Shown here: positions 1-12,486 of the stretch, in pieces
How positions within the stretch are numbered: the stretch's first letter is position 1
How the letters are laid out: each line of letters opens with the position of its first letter
Source of the DNA: Deferribacterales bacterium
GTDB lineage: Bacteria > Chrysiogenota > Deferribacteres > Deferribacterales > Geovibrionaceae
Reading direction: 5' to 3'
Assembly (NCBI GenBank): GCA_050251945.1
Contig: JBFWLW010000018.1
Span: 1 to 43,693, forward strand
DNA: 43,693 nt
The notes under the pieces: generated by a model
The model's database searches: none
What the model was told of the DNA's origin: nothing
What the model saw: only the letters and a program-made list of their open reading frames with translations
Translations under genes and position numbers: made by a program

Positions 1-30
1 TTCTTCGGGGGTAAACTCACGTTCGAGCAT
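1..30 (-). CDS. 5' end of a gene running off the window (MLEREFTPEE...), product unknown
   Basis: ATG at 30 on the minus strand preceded by AGGAGAGAG Shine-Dalgarno; frame open to the window edge. Confidence 0.6.
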   Translation of the reverse strand, partial: MLEREFTPEE

Positions 31-60
31 GAACTCTCTCCTTTAAATTTAGTGTATACG

Positions 61-97
61 AAAAAAAGCCCTTTAGCTATTCGCTAAGGGGCTTTTT
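61..97 (-). terminator. Rho-independent terminator after korC
   Basis: Hairpin AAAAAGCCCTTTAGC/GCTAAGGGGCTTTTT with A/T tracts on both sides. Confidence 0.8.
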
Positions 98-169
98 ATT
101 AGTGTCCTAATTTAAGGATACAGTTCAGAGAACCGCAGGGCTTTTTTAACTTTAGACTTTATAAACCGC

Positions 170-721
170 TTACTGTGCAGCTTTTGCGGCTTTCGCCAGC
201 TCGATGCCTGCGCTGATAGCGTTTTTATTGAGTTCTTCAGTACCTTTGGGAACTCTGGAAAGAACCGCTTTTTCGAGAGTTTCAGGTTTAACAAAACCGC
301 ATATCTCGTTAAGCGCACCAAGAGTTACCACGTTTGCAACCATCGCTTTGCCCACTTTTTCAGCGGCTGTGCGGATGATAGGCATCATGTATACTTTCCA
401 GTTGCCTTTAGGGGCAGTTTTAACCATAAGGTCATCCAGAATGAGGATGCCGCCGTCTACAAGGTCTTTGGAGTATTTGTCTGCCGCTTCCTGAGTAAGG
501 GCGACCAGAACGTCGGGAGCCATTACTTTCGGATAGTAGATTTCCTCATCGCTGATAATAACTTCCGCTTTGGAAGCACCACCGCGCGCCTCAGGTCCGT
601 AAGACTGAGACTGGATGGCTTTTTTGCCTTCAATAACGGATGCGCCGGCTGCGAGGATGATACCTGCCGTGATCATACCCTGACCGCCTGAACCGCTGAG
701 TCTGATTTGATGTCTAGCCAT
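170..721 (-). CDS. korC: 2-oxoglutarate:ferredoxin oxidoreductase gamma subunit
   Basis: GSGGQG and YGPEARGG motifs; operon context. Confidence 0.93.
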   Translation of the reverse strand: MARHQIRLSGSGGQGMITAGIILAAGASVIEGKKAIQSQSYGPEARGGASKAEVIISDEEIYYPKVMAPDVLVALTQEAADKYSKDLVDGGILILDDLMVKTAPKGNWKVYMMPIIRTAAEKVGKAMVANVVTLGALNEICGFVKPETLEKAVLSRVPKGTEELNKNAISAGIELAKAAKAAQ

Positions 722-732
722 TATATCACCTC

Positions 733-1539
733 TTAGCTCAGCCCGACGTTAGCATCGTATGCTTCAACGTATTCGGGCTTGTCAACGTCGTGCAGAACAC
801 CGATAGGGAATTTGCCTGCTTTTTCTTCATCAGACATTTTTTCCCACTGGGCAACTGCCACTGAGTGTTCTTTCTGCCATTCGATCATACCTGCGGGGCT
901 TGCAAGTTTGTTTTTACGTCCGTAGCCTGTGGGGCATCCGGCGATGATCTCAACAATAGAGAAACCTTTGTGTTCAAGAGCCTGTTTCATCAGTTTTTCC
1001 ATAGGGACAGCGTGGTAAGTTGTTGTTCTTGCAACAAATGTAGCACCTGCACCTATAGCCAGATGAGCGATGTCGAACTGGTTGTCGGAGTTGCCGTAAG
1101 GAGCAGTAGTCGCACGTGCGCCTTTAGGCGTTGTGGGCGAATACTGACCGCCGGTCATACCGTAGATGAAGTTATTGAACACGAAGCATGTGATGTTAAT
1201 GTTGCGACGGCAAGCGTGGATAAAGTGGTTTCCGCCGATAGCCGTCATGTCGCCGTCACCGCCCATAGCGATAACATTGAGTTTGGGGTTCGCAACTTTA
1301 ACGCCTGTTGCGAAAGCAAGAGAACGTCCGTGAGTTGTGTGGAGCGTGTTGAAATCCACATAACCGGGCAGACGTGAAGCGCAACCGATACCGGATGTCA
1401 TAACGACATCGTCTTTTTCCCAGCCTATGCTGTCGATTGCTCTTATCATAGATTTCATAATGATACCATAGCCGCAGCCGGGGCACCAGATATGAGGAAT
1501 TTTACCTTTTCTGAGGTATTTGCTGTAATCGTAGGACAT
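733..1539 (-). CDS. korB: 2-oxoglutarate:ferredoxin oxidoreductase beta (TPP-binding) subunit
   Basis: WCPGCG, SGIGC, GDGD...NN TPP motif, YGMTGGQ. Confidence 0.95.
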   Translation of the reverse strand: MSYDYSKYLRKGKIPHIWCPGCGYGIIMKSMIRAIDSIGWEKDDVVMTSGIGCASRLPGYVDFNTLHTTHGRSLAFATGVKVANPKLNVIAMGGDGDMTAIGGNHFIHACRRNINITCFVFNNFIYGMTGGQYSPTTPKGARATTAPYGNSDNQFDIAHLAIGAGATFVARTTTYHAVPMEKLMKQALEHKGFSIVEIIAGCPTGYGRKNKLASPAGMIEWQKEHSVAVAQWEKMSDEEKAGKFPIGVLHDVDKPEYVEAYDANVGLS

Positions 1540-2672
1540 TATTTACCCCCCTTGATTTTGTTGAGGATGGTAATAGGGTTGATGGGTTCTGAATCTATCT
1601 GGAATATTCCTTCAACTTCAGGAGAGCCTTTCAGCACTCTTTCAACTTCCAGTGCTGTCTGTCCAAGGTTCATTTCGGGCACGATCACTCTCTTCACTTT
1701 ACCTTTGTATTTTACAAGGTGTTTTTCAGGGAAAGGCCAGATTGTAAGGGGTCTGAAAAGACCGACTTTAATGCCTTCCGCTCTTGCCATTTTAACAGCT
1801 TCTTTTGCAGAACGAGCAGTTGAGCCGAATGCAAAGATAAGTATTTCTGCATCGTCACACATCATCTCATCCACAACAACAATTTCATCATAGTTGTCGT
1901 CAACTTTTTTCTGCTGGCGGATTTCGTCAGCCTGAGCCAGTTTACCGTCGTTTGAAGGGAAACCGTCGGGAAGGTGGTTAAGACCTGTTATGTGATAGCG
2001 ATAGCCTGAACCGAAATCGGCCATGGGAGCTACGCCGTCAGCTTCGGGTTTGTAGGGCAGATAATCTTTGGGGTCGCAAGTGGGACGCTTGCGGTCAACA
2101 ACTGTAAGTTCGCCGGGTTCGGGCATCTCAACTGCCTCTCTCATGTGACCGATGATCTCATCTGTAAGAAGGATAACGGGCATACGATATTTTTCAGCAA
2201 GGTTGAAAGCTCTTACGGTTTCGTTGAGCTGTTCCTGTACAGTTGAAGGTGTCAGAGCGATACAGGGGTGGTCTCCGTGTGTACCCCAGCGTGCCTGCAT
2301 AACATCAGACTGTCCGGGACCTGTGGGAAGACCTGTTGAGGGTCCGCCTCTCATAACGTTAACAATAACGCAGGGAATCTCGGTCAGGTAACCATAACCA
2401 AGGTTCTCCATTTTAAGGCTCATACCGGGACCGGATGTAGCGGTCAGTGATTTTTTTCCGGCTATAGAGCCGCCAAGAGTCGCTGCCATAGCAGCAAGCT
2501 CGTCTTCCATTTGGATAAATCTTCCGCCCAGCTTGGGCAGTCTCGCAGCAAGTATCTCTGCGACTTCAGTGGAAGGTGTGATAGGATAGCCGGCATAAAA
2601 ACGGCAGCCAGCATAAAGAGCACCTTCACATACAGCCTCATTCCCCTGAAGGAACTTTACTTGTTTAGCCAC
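1539..2672 (-). CDS. korA: 2-oxoglutarate:ferredoxin oxidoreductase alpha subunit
   Basis: GNEA, YPITP, TATSGPG, RGGPSTG motifs; GTG start with GGAGG RBS. Confidence 0.95.
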   Translation of the reverse strand: MAKQVKFLQGNEAVCEGALYAGCRFYAGYPITPSTEVAEILAARLPKLGGRFIQMEDELAAMAATLGGSIAGKKSLTATSGPGMSLKMENLGYGYLTEIPCVIVNVMRGGPSTGLPTGPGQSDVMQARWGTHGDHPCIALTPSTVQEQLNETVRAFNLAEKYRMPVILLTDEIIGHMREAVEMPEPGELTVVDRKRPTCDPKDYLPYKPEADGVAPMADFGSGYRYHITGLNHLPDGFPSNDGKLAQADEIRQQKKVDDNYDEIVVVDEMMCDDAEILIFAFGSTARSAKEAVKMARAEGIKVGLFRPLTIWPFPEKHLVKYKGKVKRVIVPEMNLGQTALEVERVLKGSPEVEGIFQIDSEPINPITILNKIKGGK

Positions 2673-2687
2673 AAATTCCTCCTAATA

Positions 2688-2882
2688 TTATTTCTTGTAT
2701 ACTTCGATAGCAAAATCAGGACATCTAAGCTCGCACTGCATGCAGGCGATACACTTGTCGAGATCTTTTACGGCGGCCTTGAAATCTTTCATTTCAAGGG
2801 CGTCAACAGGGCAAAGTTCCACGCAAATCTCGCAGCCTTTGCAGAGATTGACGTAAATTTCAATTTTTTCTGCCTTAGCCAT
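2688..2882 (-). CDS. korD: 2x[4Fe-4S] ferredoxin, oxidoreductase delta subunit
   Basis: Two CxxCxxCxxxCP motifs; directly upstream of korA. Confidence 0.92.
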   Translation of the reverse strand: MAKAEKIEIYVNLCKGCEICVELCPVDALEMKDFKAAVKDLDKCIACMQCELRCPDFAIEVYKK

Positions 2883-2903
2883 TTACCTCTCCTTATAAAC
2901 TTT

Positions 2904-3118
2904 CAGAATTTTCCCGTCCTGGGAAAATTCTGCTATCGCTACAATCGGTAAAACCTCATTCCGCTCACGCTCCGATCGCTCAGCAGGTAAAACCTGCCTC
3001 ACTCACTCCGCGAACTTCATCCTGAAGTTCTATCTGCAATCTATTCCATTCTATCCCGCTCTGCTCGTTCAACGGGTAAAACCCGTTTCCCTCACTCCGC
3101 AGACTTCTTTCTGAAGCC
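2904..3118. repeat. Cluster of three ~36-40 nt GGTAAAACC-hairpin units interleaved with hairpins having CGTCCTG/CATCCTG-type loops
   Basis: Units at 2935-2974, 2975-3010, 3064-3099; hairpins at 2904-2932, 3012-3030, 3102-3118. Confidence 0.7.
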
Positions 3119-3120
3119 TT

Positions 3121-3200
3121 GAGATTGCTTCGTCACTACGTTCCTCGCAAAGACGAACAATGTTCCGTCTTCGCGAACCCTGAAAAGGTGAAGCGATCTC
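3121..3200. repeat. REP-like inverted doublet, copy 1
   Basis: GAGATTGCTTCGTC...CTCGCAAAGACG / CGTCTTCGCGA...GAAGCGATCTC. Confidence 0.85.
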
Positions 3201-3262
3201 ATCACATTTAATATCAAATCCACCACGCCCCTCCTTTTCTAAAGGAGCGGGAGAAAAACCTT

Positions 3263-3342
3263 GAGATTGCTTCGTCACATTGTTCCTCGTAAAGACGAAC
3301 AATGTTCCGTCTTCGCGAACCCTGAAAGGGTGAAGCGATCTC
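3263..3342. repeat. REP-like inverted doublet, copy 2 (near-identical to 3121-3200)
   Basis: 80-bp direct repeat at 142-bp offset with few substitutions. Confidence 0.85.
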
Positions 3343-3348
3343 TCTTCC

Positions 3349-4227
3349 CTATTTTCCCAGAACCTCGGCAACCTTCTTGCCGATATCCGCAGGGGAGTTA
3401 ACAACGTGGACGCCGCATTTTTCAAGCGCTTCCATCTTCGCAGCGGCAGTGTCGTCGCCGCCGGAGATTATAGCTCCCGCGTGTCCCATTCTCTTACCCT
3501 TCGGTGCTGTCTGTCCCGCAATAAAGCTGACTACAGGTTTGGAAAAATTCTGTTTTATCCACTCGCCCGCTTTAACCTCTGCCTGCCCGCCTATCTCGCC
3601 GATAAGCACAACACACTCGGTCTGGGCGTCATATTCAAACATCTCAAGCAGGTCTATGTATTTAAGCCCGATGATGGGGTCGCCGCCAATGCCTATGCAT
3701 GTTGACTGACCGAACCCGAAAGAGCTGACCTGTTTAACAGCTTCATATGTAAGGGTGCCCGATTTGCTTATGATACCCACCGTACCGGGAGCGTGAATCT
3801 CGCCCGGCATGATGCCCATTTTACACTCACCCGGGGTGATGACACCGGGGCAGTTGGGACCGACAAGCATCGTACGGGAACCGCCTGTTTTCATCATTCT
3901 CTTGACCTTGAGCATATCCTTAACGGGTATGCCTTCGGTGATGCACACGCAAAGGTCGAGGTTAGCGTCCACAGCTTCCATAACTGAATCTGCTGCAAAT
4001 GCCGGCGGAACATAAACTATCGAAGCGTTGCATCCAGTCTTTCTCACCGCTTCCATCATAGTGTCGAAAACGGGAGTTCCGTCCACTTCCATGCCACCCT
4101 TGCCCGGCACAACGCCCGCAACAATATTGGTTCCGTATTCTTTCATTCTTGCCGCGTGGAATCTGCCCTGCGAACCGGAAAGACCCTGCACGACCACCTT
4201 TGTTCTGTTGTTTACAAGTATGCTCAT
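3349..4227 (-). CDS. sucD: Succinyl-CoA synthetase alpha subunit
   Basis: GPNCPG, GIGGDP, and RMGHAGA phospho-His motif. Confidence 0.96.
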   Translation of the reverse strand: MSILVNNRTKVVVQGLSGSQGRFHAARMKEYGTNIVAGVVPGKGGMEVDGTPVFDTMMEAVRKTGCNASIVYVPPAFAADSVMEAVDANLDLCVCITEGIPVKDMLKVKRMMKTGGSRTMLVGPNCPGVITPGECKMGIMPGEIHAPGTVGIISKSGTLTYEAVKQVSSFGFGQSTCIGIGGDPIIGLKYIDLLEMFEYDAQTECVVLIGEIGGQAEVKAGEWIKQNFSKPVVSFIAGQTAPKGKRMGHAGAIISGGDDTAAAKMEALEKCGVHVVNSPADIGKKVAEVLGK

Positions 4228-4238
4228 GTGACCCCTCC

Positions 4239-5441
4239 TTACTTCTTGCCAGAGCGCTTGTGCGGCTCTGCTTTTGCAAGCTCAACGGCTTTCTGTGCGG
4301 CGTCCGCCATAGTATCACCGGTTACGATGTTGATACCTTTGGCTGATGCGCCCTCTTCCAGAATTCTTCTGCCTTCCGCCACATGAGTTCCGTCCAGCCT
4401 TACGACAATGTGTCTGTCGCCGGGAACTTCGTCCGAAGCTTTAAGAACGCCCTCGGCTATGAGGTCACAGCGGACTATTCCGCCGAATATATTAACAAAG
4501 ATCACCTTGACCTTGGGGTCTGTAAGGATGATTTTGAATGCTTCCCTTACTTTGTTGACGTCTGCGCCGCCGCCTACGTCAAGGAAGTTGGCAGGCTGAC
4601 CGCCAAAGGATTTGATTATGTCCATGGTAGCCATCGCAAGACCCGCGCCGTTGACCATGCATCCGATATTTCCTTCCATACTCACATATGAAAGGTCGAA
4701 AATGGATGCCCTGACCTCCTGCGGCTCAAGCTCACCGTAATCCTTCATCTCTTCAATCTTCGGATGTCTGAAAAGAGCGTTGTCGTCAACGGTCATTTTC
4801 GCATCCAGACACACTATTTCGCTTTCGCCCGTGACAACCAGCGGGTTGATCTCAAGCATCATAGCGTCGTGGGTTACAAAACACTGATAGAGGCGCTCAG
4901 CAATGTCCGCAAACTTGTTCAGAAGGTTGGACGGAAGTCCTATCTTCTTCGCTATTTTGCGTCCGGTGAACAGTGAAAGACCAAGCACGGGGCTGATGTG
5001 CTCTTTAACTATTGCGGCAGGGTTATTTTTCGCTACTTCCTCAATCTCAACGCCGCCTTCCGAGCTTGCAATTATCATGTGCTGCTCTGTATCGCGGTCT
5101 ACGAGAAAGCTGAGGTATATCTCCTGACGAATGTCGGTCGCCTTTTCTACCAGAATCCTGTGGACAATTTTGCCCTCTTCGCCCGTCTGTTTTGTGACAA
5201 GCTTCATACCGAGCATCTGTGTGGCCTCGTCGTATACGTCTCCGTATGCGCTGACCAACTTCACGCCGCCGGCCTTTCCTCTGCCTCCGGCATGAACCTG
5301 AGCCTTAATGACCCATTTTTCACCTTTAAGTGATTTAGCCACCCTTAAAGCGTCGCTGGCAGTCGATGCCACTCCGCCGTCGGGAACGGGAACACCATAG
5401 GATCTCAAAAGACCCTTCGCTTGAAATTCATGCAAATACAT
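4239..5441 (-). CDS. sucC: Succinyl-CoA synthetase beta subunit
   Basis: MYLHEFQAK start, [33 protein letters not shown]. Confidence 0.96.
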   Translation of the reverse strand: MYLHEFQAKGLLRSYGVPVPDGGVASTASDALRVAKSLKGEKWVIKAQVHAGGRGKAGGVKLVSAYGDVYDEATQMLGMKLVTKQTGEEGKIVHRILVEKATDIRQEIYLSFLVDRDTEQHMIIASSEGGVEIEEVAKNNPAAIVKEHISPVLGLSLFTGRKIAKKIGLPSNLLNKFADIAERLYQCFVTHDAMMLEINPLVVTGESEIVCLDAKMTVDDNALFRHPKIEEMKDYGELEPQEVRASIFDLSYVSMEGNIGCMVNGAGLAMATMDIIKSFGGQPANFLDVGGGADVNKVREAFKIILTDPKVKVIFVNIFGGIVRCDLIAEGVLKASDEVPGDRHIVVRLDGTHVAEGRRILEEGASAKGINIVTGDTMADAAQKAVELAKAEPHKRSGKK

Positions 5442-5578
5442 GGCTCACCCTCCTGTAGTCATTACGGTTCAGAATTTTAGCATTTACGTTCATAAATACC
5501 TTTTTTGCAACCCTTTTCTGCAAAGGGCGAGCCATGTTTTTTACTTTTAATTACCAGTCAAATAATTTTGACTTATGC

Positions 5579-6559
<981 letters not shown>

Positions 6560-6592
6560 TTAAGCCCCCTACATTATTTGTTGTTATTATAA

Positions 6593-6619
6593 GGCGCCGG
6601 CCCTCTTTAAACCGGCGCC
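6593..6619 (-). other. GC-rich intercistronic hairpin between icd and mdh (mRNA stabiliser or weak terminator)
   Basis: GGCGCCGG...CCGGCGCC stem with no clear U tract. Confidence 0.5.
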
Positions 6620-6628
6620 AAAGCTGCA

Positions 6629-8875
<2,247 letters not shown>

Positions 8876-9062
8876 TTATTCGACTTAATCCTCTTCTCTA
8901 TCGTTAATGTTATACCCGTTTTAGCTATATCTTAAAAGCAGTGATGTGCTTTTAAGGAAACGTACCGCATTACAAATGCCGTTGTCCCGCCCGCTCATTT
9001 AAGACCGGCGCGGAGTGTAAAAGTTTTCTTAGCTACTTCTATAATGCTATTATTTTTTATAA

Positions 9063-9106
9063 CTGTATACAGTATACTGTTATATATTTTACTAAGTTTT
9101 TGTCAA
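9063..9106 (-). promoter_or_regulatory. sigma70-type promoter for icd with an adjacent TGTATACAGTATAC operator
   Basis: Minus strand TTGACA (9106-9101), 16 bp spacer, TATAAC (9084-9079), then the GTATAC tandem at 9063-9079. Confidence 0.6.
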
Positions 9107-9447
9107 GCATTATTGCCCTTTTCTATGATAAAACATTATTTAAATTTTATTTTCCCCACTATGTCAATCTTTTGCAAGTGGATTTTTTTTAACATGCCTA
9201 AATGCGTCTGACAAACCCCTGAAATGCCTGCCAAGAAAGAACTATAGAATATATTGAATATTTCAATATCAAATTGAAATATTGTTACAAAAATCACATC
9301 CCAGCATAAACCTCGTTCTAAAATGGCGACTTTGATATTAAATATTAAACAGCGTTTGTATTTGAAATAGCAGACGCCTAAAAAAACATCATCGGTTCGT
9401 AATTAGGTGAAAGGAAGGTTGTAGTTTTTTCTGAGCCTACACGAAAA

Positions 9448-9570
9448 TCTGTCGTTTAGATACAAGCAGAACAAGAAAGAGCGACCGGGCGGGCTGCGAG
9501 CATACACATAAGTATGTGAGCAGTTTCGAGGGAGATCTGCCGGCGTTATGCGCTGTATATAAGCGGCAGA
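9448..9570. repeat. ERIC-like ~123-bp palindromic element (MITE or structured RNA)
   Basis: Ends TCTGTCGTTTAGATACA / TGTATATAAGCGGCAGA pair; core GAGCATAC-ACATAA-GTATGTGA. Confidence 0.55.
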
Positions 9571-9573
9571 CAC

Positions 9574-9606
9574 AAAAAAAGCCCGCCGTTTGATTGGCGG
9601 GCTTTT
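9574..9606 (-). terminator. Rho-independent terminator after acnB (possibly bidirectional)
   Basis: AAAAGCCCGCC/GGCGGGCTTTT stem; A7 gives U7 on the minus strand. Confidence 0.85.
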
Positions 9607-9628
9607 GATATCTGAAGGTTAAAAAACC

Positions 9629-12184
9629 TTAGAATGCTACTGTTTCGACGTATGACAGTTCAAAATCGCCCATTTTGTCGAACTCAAGATATCTGTATAT
9701 CTCAGCCGCTTTCGGAGCAACCTTAGTGTTCATATACTCGAAGTATTTGTCAACAGAGGGGATCTCGCCAAGAACAGCGGTAATGGCCGTCAGCTCCGCA
9801 GAACCGAGGAAAACGTTTGCGCCGTCGCCTATTCTGTCGGGGAAGTTCCTTGTTGATGTGGAAAGAACTGTTGCGCCGGGAGCAACGCGACCCTGATTAC
9901 CCATGCAGAGTGAGCAGCCGGGAAGCTCTGTCCTTGCGCCGACTGATGAGAAGATGCTGTAGTAGCCTTCTTCTTTAAGCTGCATTTCGTCCATCAGAGT
10001 GGGAGGAGTGAGCCACATGCGTGTTTTAGGATAAGAAACGCCTTCCCAGATTTTTCCTGCCGCGCGGAAGTGACCGATGTTTGTCATACAGGAGCCGATG
10101 AAGGTCTCGTCAACTTTTGTTCCTGCAACGTCTGAAAGAAGTTTTACATCGTCGGGATCGTTGGGGCATGCAAGGATAGGTTCTTTGATGTCCGCAAGGT
10201 CAATTTCGATTACGGCGGCATATTCGGCGTTCGCATCTCTTTCGAGCAGAACAGGATTTTTAAGCCATGCCTCGCAGTCGTCAATACGTTTCTGAATGGT
10301 GTCGGCATCCTGATAGCCGGCTTTTATCATTTTTTTCATCAGTGCGATGTTGGATTTGATGTACTCGGCAACTGATTTTTCGGAAAGTTTTATAGTACCG
10401 CCTGCGGCTGAACGCTCAGCAGTTGCATCGGTAAGCTCGAAAGCCTGTTCAACTGTCAGATCAGGCAGACCTTCCATTTCAAGGATGCGTCCGTTGAATA
10501 CGTTCACTTTGTTCTTTTTAGGAACTGTAAGCAGACCCTGTTTGATAGCCCAGAAGGGGATGGCATTCACAACGTCGCGAAGTGTTATGCCGGGGTTCAG
10601 CTTGCCTTTGAATTTAACAAGAACTGATTCCGGAACGTCAAGGGGCATGAAGCCAAGAGCGCCTGCGAAAGCCACAAGACCTGAACCCGCGGGCAGTGAA
10701 AGACCCATGGGGAAACGGGTGTGGGAGTCGCCGCCTGTTCCCAGCGTGTCAGGGAGCAGAAGTCTGTTCAGCCATGAGTGGATAACGCCGTCGCCGGGAC
10801 GAAGCGCAACGCCTTTTCTTGCCGCAACAAAAGCGGGAAGAGATTTATGCATTGCCACGTCGGCTTTTTTAGGATAAGCCGCTGTGTGGCAGAAAGACTG
10901 CATGAACATGGGTGAAAGGAACTCAAGACAAGCGAGTTCTTTGATCTCGTCTCTTGTCATGGGACCTGTCGTATCCTGTGAACCGACTGTTGTCATTTTG
11001 GGTTCGCAAGCCGCACCGGGAAGAACACCTGCGAGTCCGCAAGCCTTTCCGATGATTTTCTGAGCAAGCGTATAGCCCTGACCGGATTTCGCAACGGGGT
11101 TCTCAGCTATAGTAAAGACTGCGATCTCGCCAAGTCCGAGAACTTTTCTTGCTTTGGCAGTAAGCTGACGTCCGATGATAAGGTTAAGACGTCCGCCCGC
11201 TCTGTATTCGTCTTTCAGAGTTGCGGGTCTGATGGCGAAAGTGGAAAGCACTTTGCCTGATTCGTCTTTGATCTCGCCTTTTTCCGTATTGATGACGATA
11301 ACGTCGCCTGTGTTAAATGCGTCAACGTTGCAGGCGATGGGAAGACCGCCTGAATCCTGTGTCGTATTGAAGAAGATAGGCGCGATAACGTTACCGATGA
11401 TGGTACCGCCGTTCTTTTTATTGGGAACAAAAGGAATTTCGGAACCTATTCTCCACATAACGGAGTTGCAGGCAGATTTTCTTGAAGAACCTGTCCCCAC
11501 AACGTCGCCGACGAAAGCCACTTCAAAGCCTTCAGTTTTATACTGTTCCATTGTCGCGTTGCCGTCGGAAAATCTTGTTTCGCCCATGGCAAGTGCGTGA
11601 AGAGGTATGTCGGGACGGCTCCATGCGTGCTTTGCGGGGGAGAAGTCGTCTGTGTTTATTTCGCCGGATACTTTGTATACTTTAACTTTGTATTCTTTGC
11701 GCAGTTCGGGTTTGGATGTAAACCACTCTGCATCCGCCCATGATTTAAGAACCGCCATTGCGTTAGCGTTTGTTTTGGAAAGAGCGGCAACCTCTTCAAA
11801 TGCGCCGTAAACGAGGATTGTCTTTTTAAGCGCTTCGGCAGCGTCCGCACCGAGTTCTGCATCTGTCAGAAGATCAACAAGGGGCTTAACGTTATAACCG
11901 CCGAGCATGGTTCCAAGCAGAAAAACTGCTCTTTTTCTGTCGATAAGGGGGGATTTGATTTCGCCTTTTGCAACTTTTGCAAGCCAGTTCGCCTTAACTT
12001 CCGATGCAGGGTCAACACCGGGTGCGACTCTGTTTTCAATAAGATCCACAAGCTCTTTTGTGGCGGAAGACTGCTCAAGAAGTTTGCAAACTTCGGCAGT
12101 GAATTCGGGTGTGAGCGGCAGAGCAGGGATGCCCATTTTTGCCCTGTCTTCAACCTGTTTCAGGTATTCCTGCATCAATGACAT
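9629..12184 (-). CDS. acnB: Aconitate hydratase B
   Basis: LLGTMLGGYN, GTGSSRKSA, TTVGSQDTTG, FIGSCMTNIG, PGCSLCMGNQ; start moved to the second ATG, 7 nt after AGGAG. Confidence 0.96.
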   Translation of the reverse strand: MSLMQEYLKQVEDRAKMGIPALPLTPEFTAEVCKLLEQSSATKELVDLIENRVAPGVDPASEVKANWLAKVAKGEIKSPLIDRKRAVFLLGTMLGGYNVKPLVDLLTDAELGADAAEALKKTILVYGAFEEVAALSKTNANAMAVLKSWADAEWFTSKPELRKEYKVKVYKVSGEINTDDFSPAKHAWSRPDIPLHALAMGETRFSDGNATMEQYKTEGFEVAFVGDVVGTGSSRKSACNSVMWRIGSEIPFVPNKKNGGTIIGNVIAPIFFNTTQDSGGLPIACNVDAFNTGDVIVINTEKGEIKDESGKVLSTFAIRPATLKDEYRAGGRLNLIIGRQLTAKARKVLGLGEIAVFTIAENPVAKSGQGYTLAQKIIGKACGLAGVLPGAACEPKMTTVGSQDTTGPMTRDEIKELACLEFLSPMFMQSFCHTAAYPKKADVAMHKSLPAFVAARKGVALRPGDGVIHSWLNRLLLPDTLGTGGDSHTRFPMGLSLPAGSGLVAFAGALGFMPLDVPESVLVKFKGKLNPGITLRDVVNAIPFWAIKQGLLTVPKKNKVNVFNGRILEMEGLPDLTVEQAFELTDATAERSAAGGTIKLSEKSVAEYIKSNIALMKKMIKAGYQDADTIQKRIDDCEAWLKNPVLLERDANAEYAAVIEIDLADIKEPILACPNDPDDVKLLSDVAGTKVDETFIGSCMTNIGHFRAAGKIWEGVSYPKTRMWLTPPTLMDEMQLKEEGYYSIFSSVGARTELPGCSLCMGNQGRVAPGATVLSTSTRNFPDRIGDGANVFLGSAELTAITAVLGEIPSVDKYFEYMNTKVAPKAAEIYRYLEFDKMGDFELSYVETVAF

Positions 12185-12234
12185 AAACATACTCCTGTAT
12201 TTAAGGACGCAATACGACCTTTTGTTGTATCAGA

Positions 12235-12271
12235 TTGTATTCTGTATACAATTTTCCCTCGGGTTTGTCAA
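12235..12271 (-). promoter_or_regulatory. acnB promoter with palindromic operator TTGTATTCTGTATACAA overlapping the -10
   Basis: Minus strand TTGACA (12271-12266), 17 bp spacer, TATACA; palindrome at 12235-12251. Confidence 0.65.
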
Positions 12272-12486
12272 AATGTTTTAGAACATTTTTCTAGTGATTC
12301 CGGTTTTAACAGACTCAATCAAGGCACATTCGGAATGCATGCACAACTAAATACCTGACAAATATAATCAATGAAACCTTGCGTGCATTTAAACGCTATT
12401 ATCCTGACGAAAATTTTACTATTAATTCAGAACGTCTATTCAAAACGGATAATTTGTGCCATAATTAATAAAGGTAAAACTTTAAT

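Noticed and set aside
2904..3342. Possible CRISPR array
   Set aside because: Repeats are degenerate and irregularly spaced, there are no uniform unique spacers, and no cas genes are present.
3069..3425. 118-aa minus-strand ORF
   Set aside because: Overlaps sucD and reads through REP copies (EERSDEAIS is the translated repeat); likely spurious.
9448..9606. 6S RNA or tRNA
   Set aside because: No cloverleaf; shorter than a typical 6S RNA and lacking a clear central bubble; the core matches an ERIC-type hairpin better.
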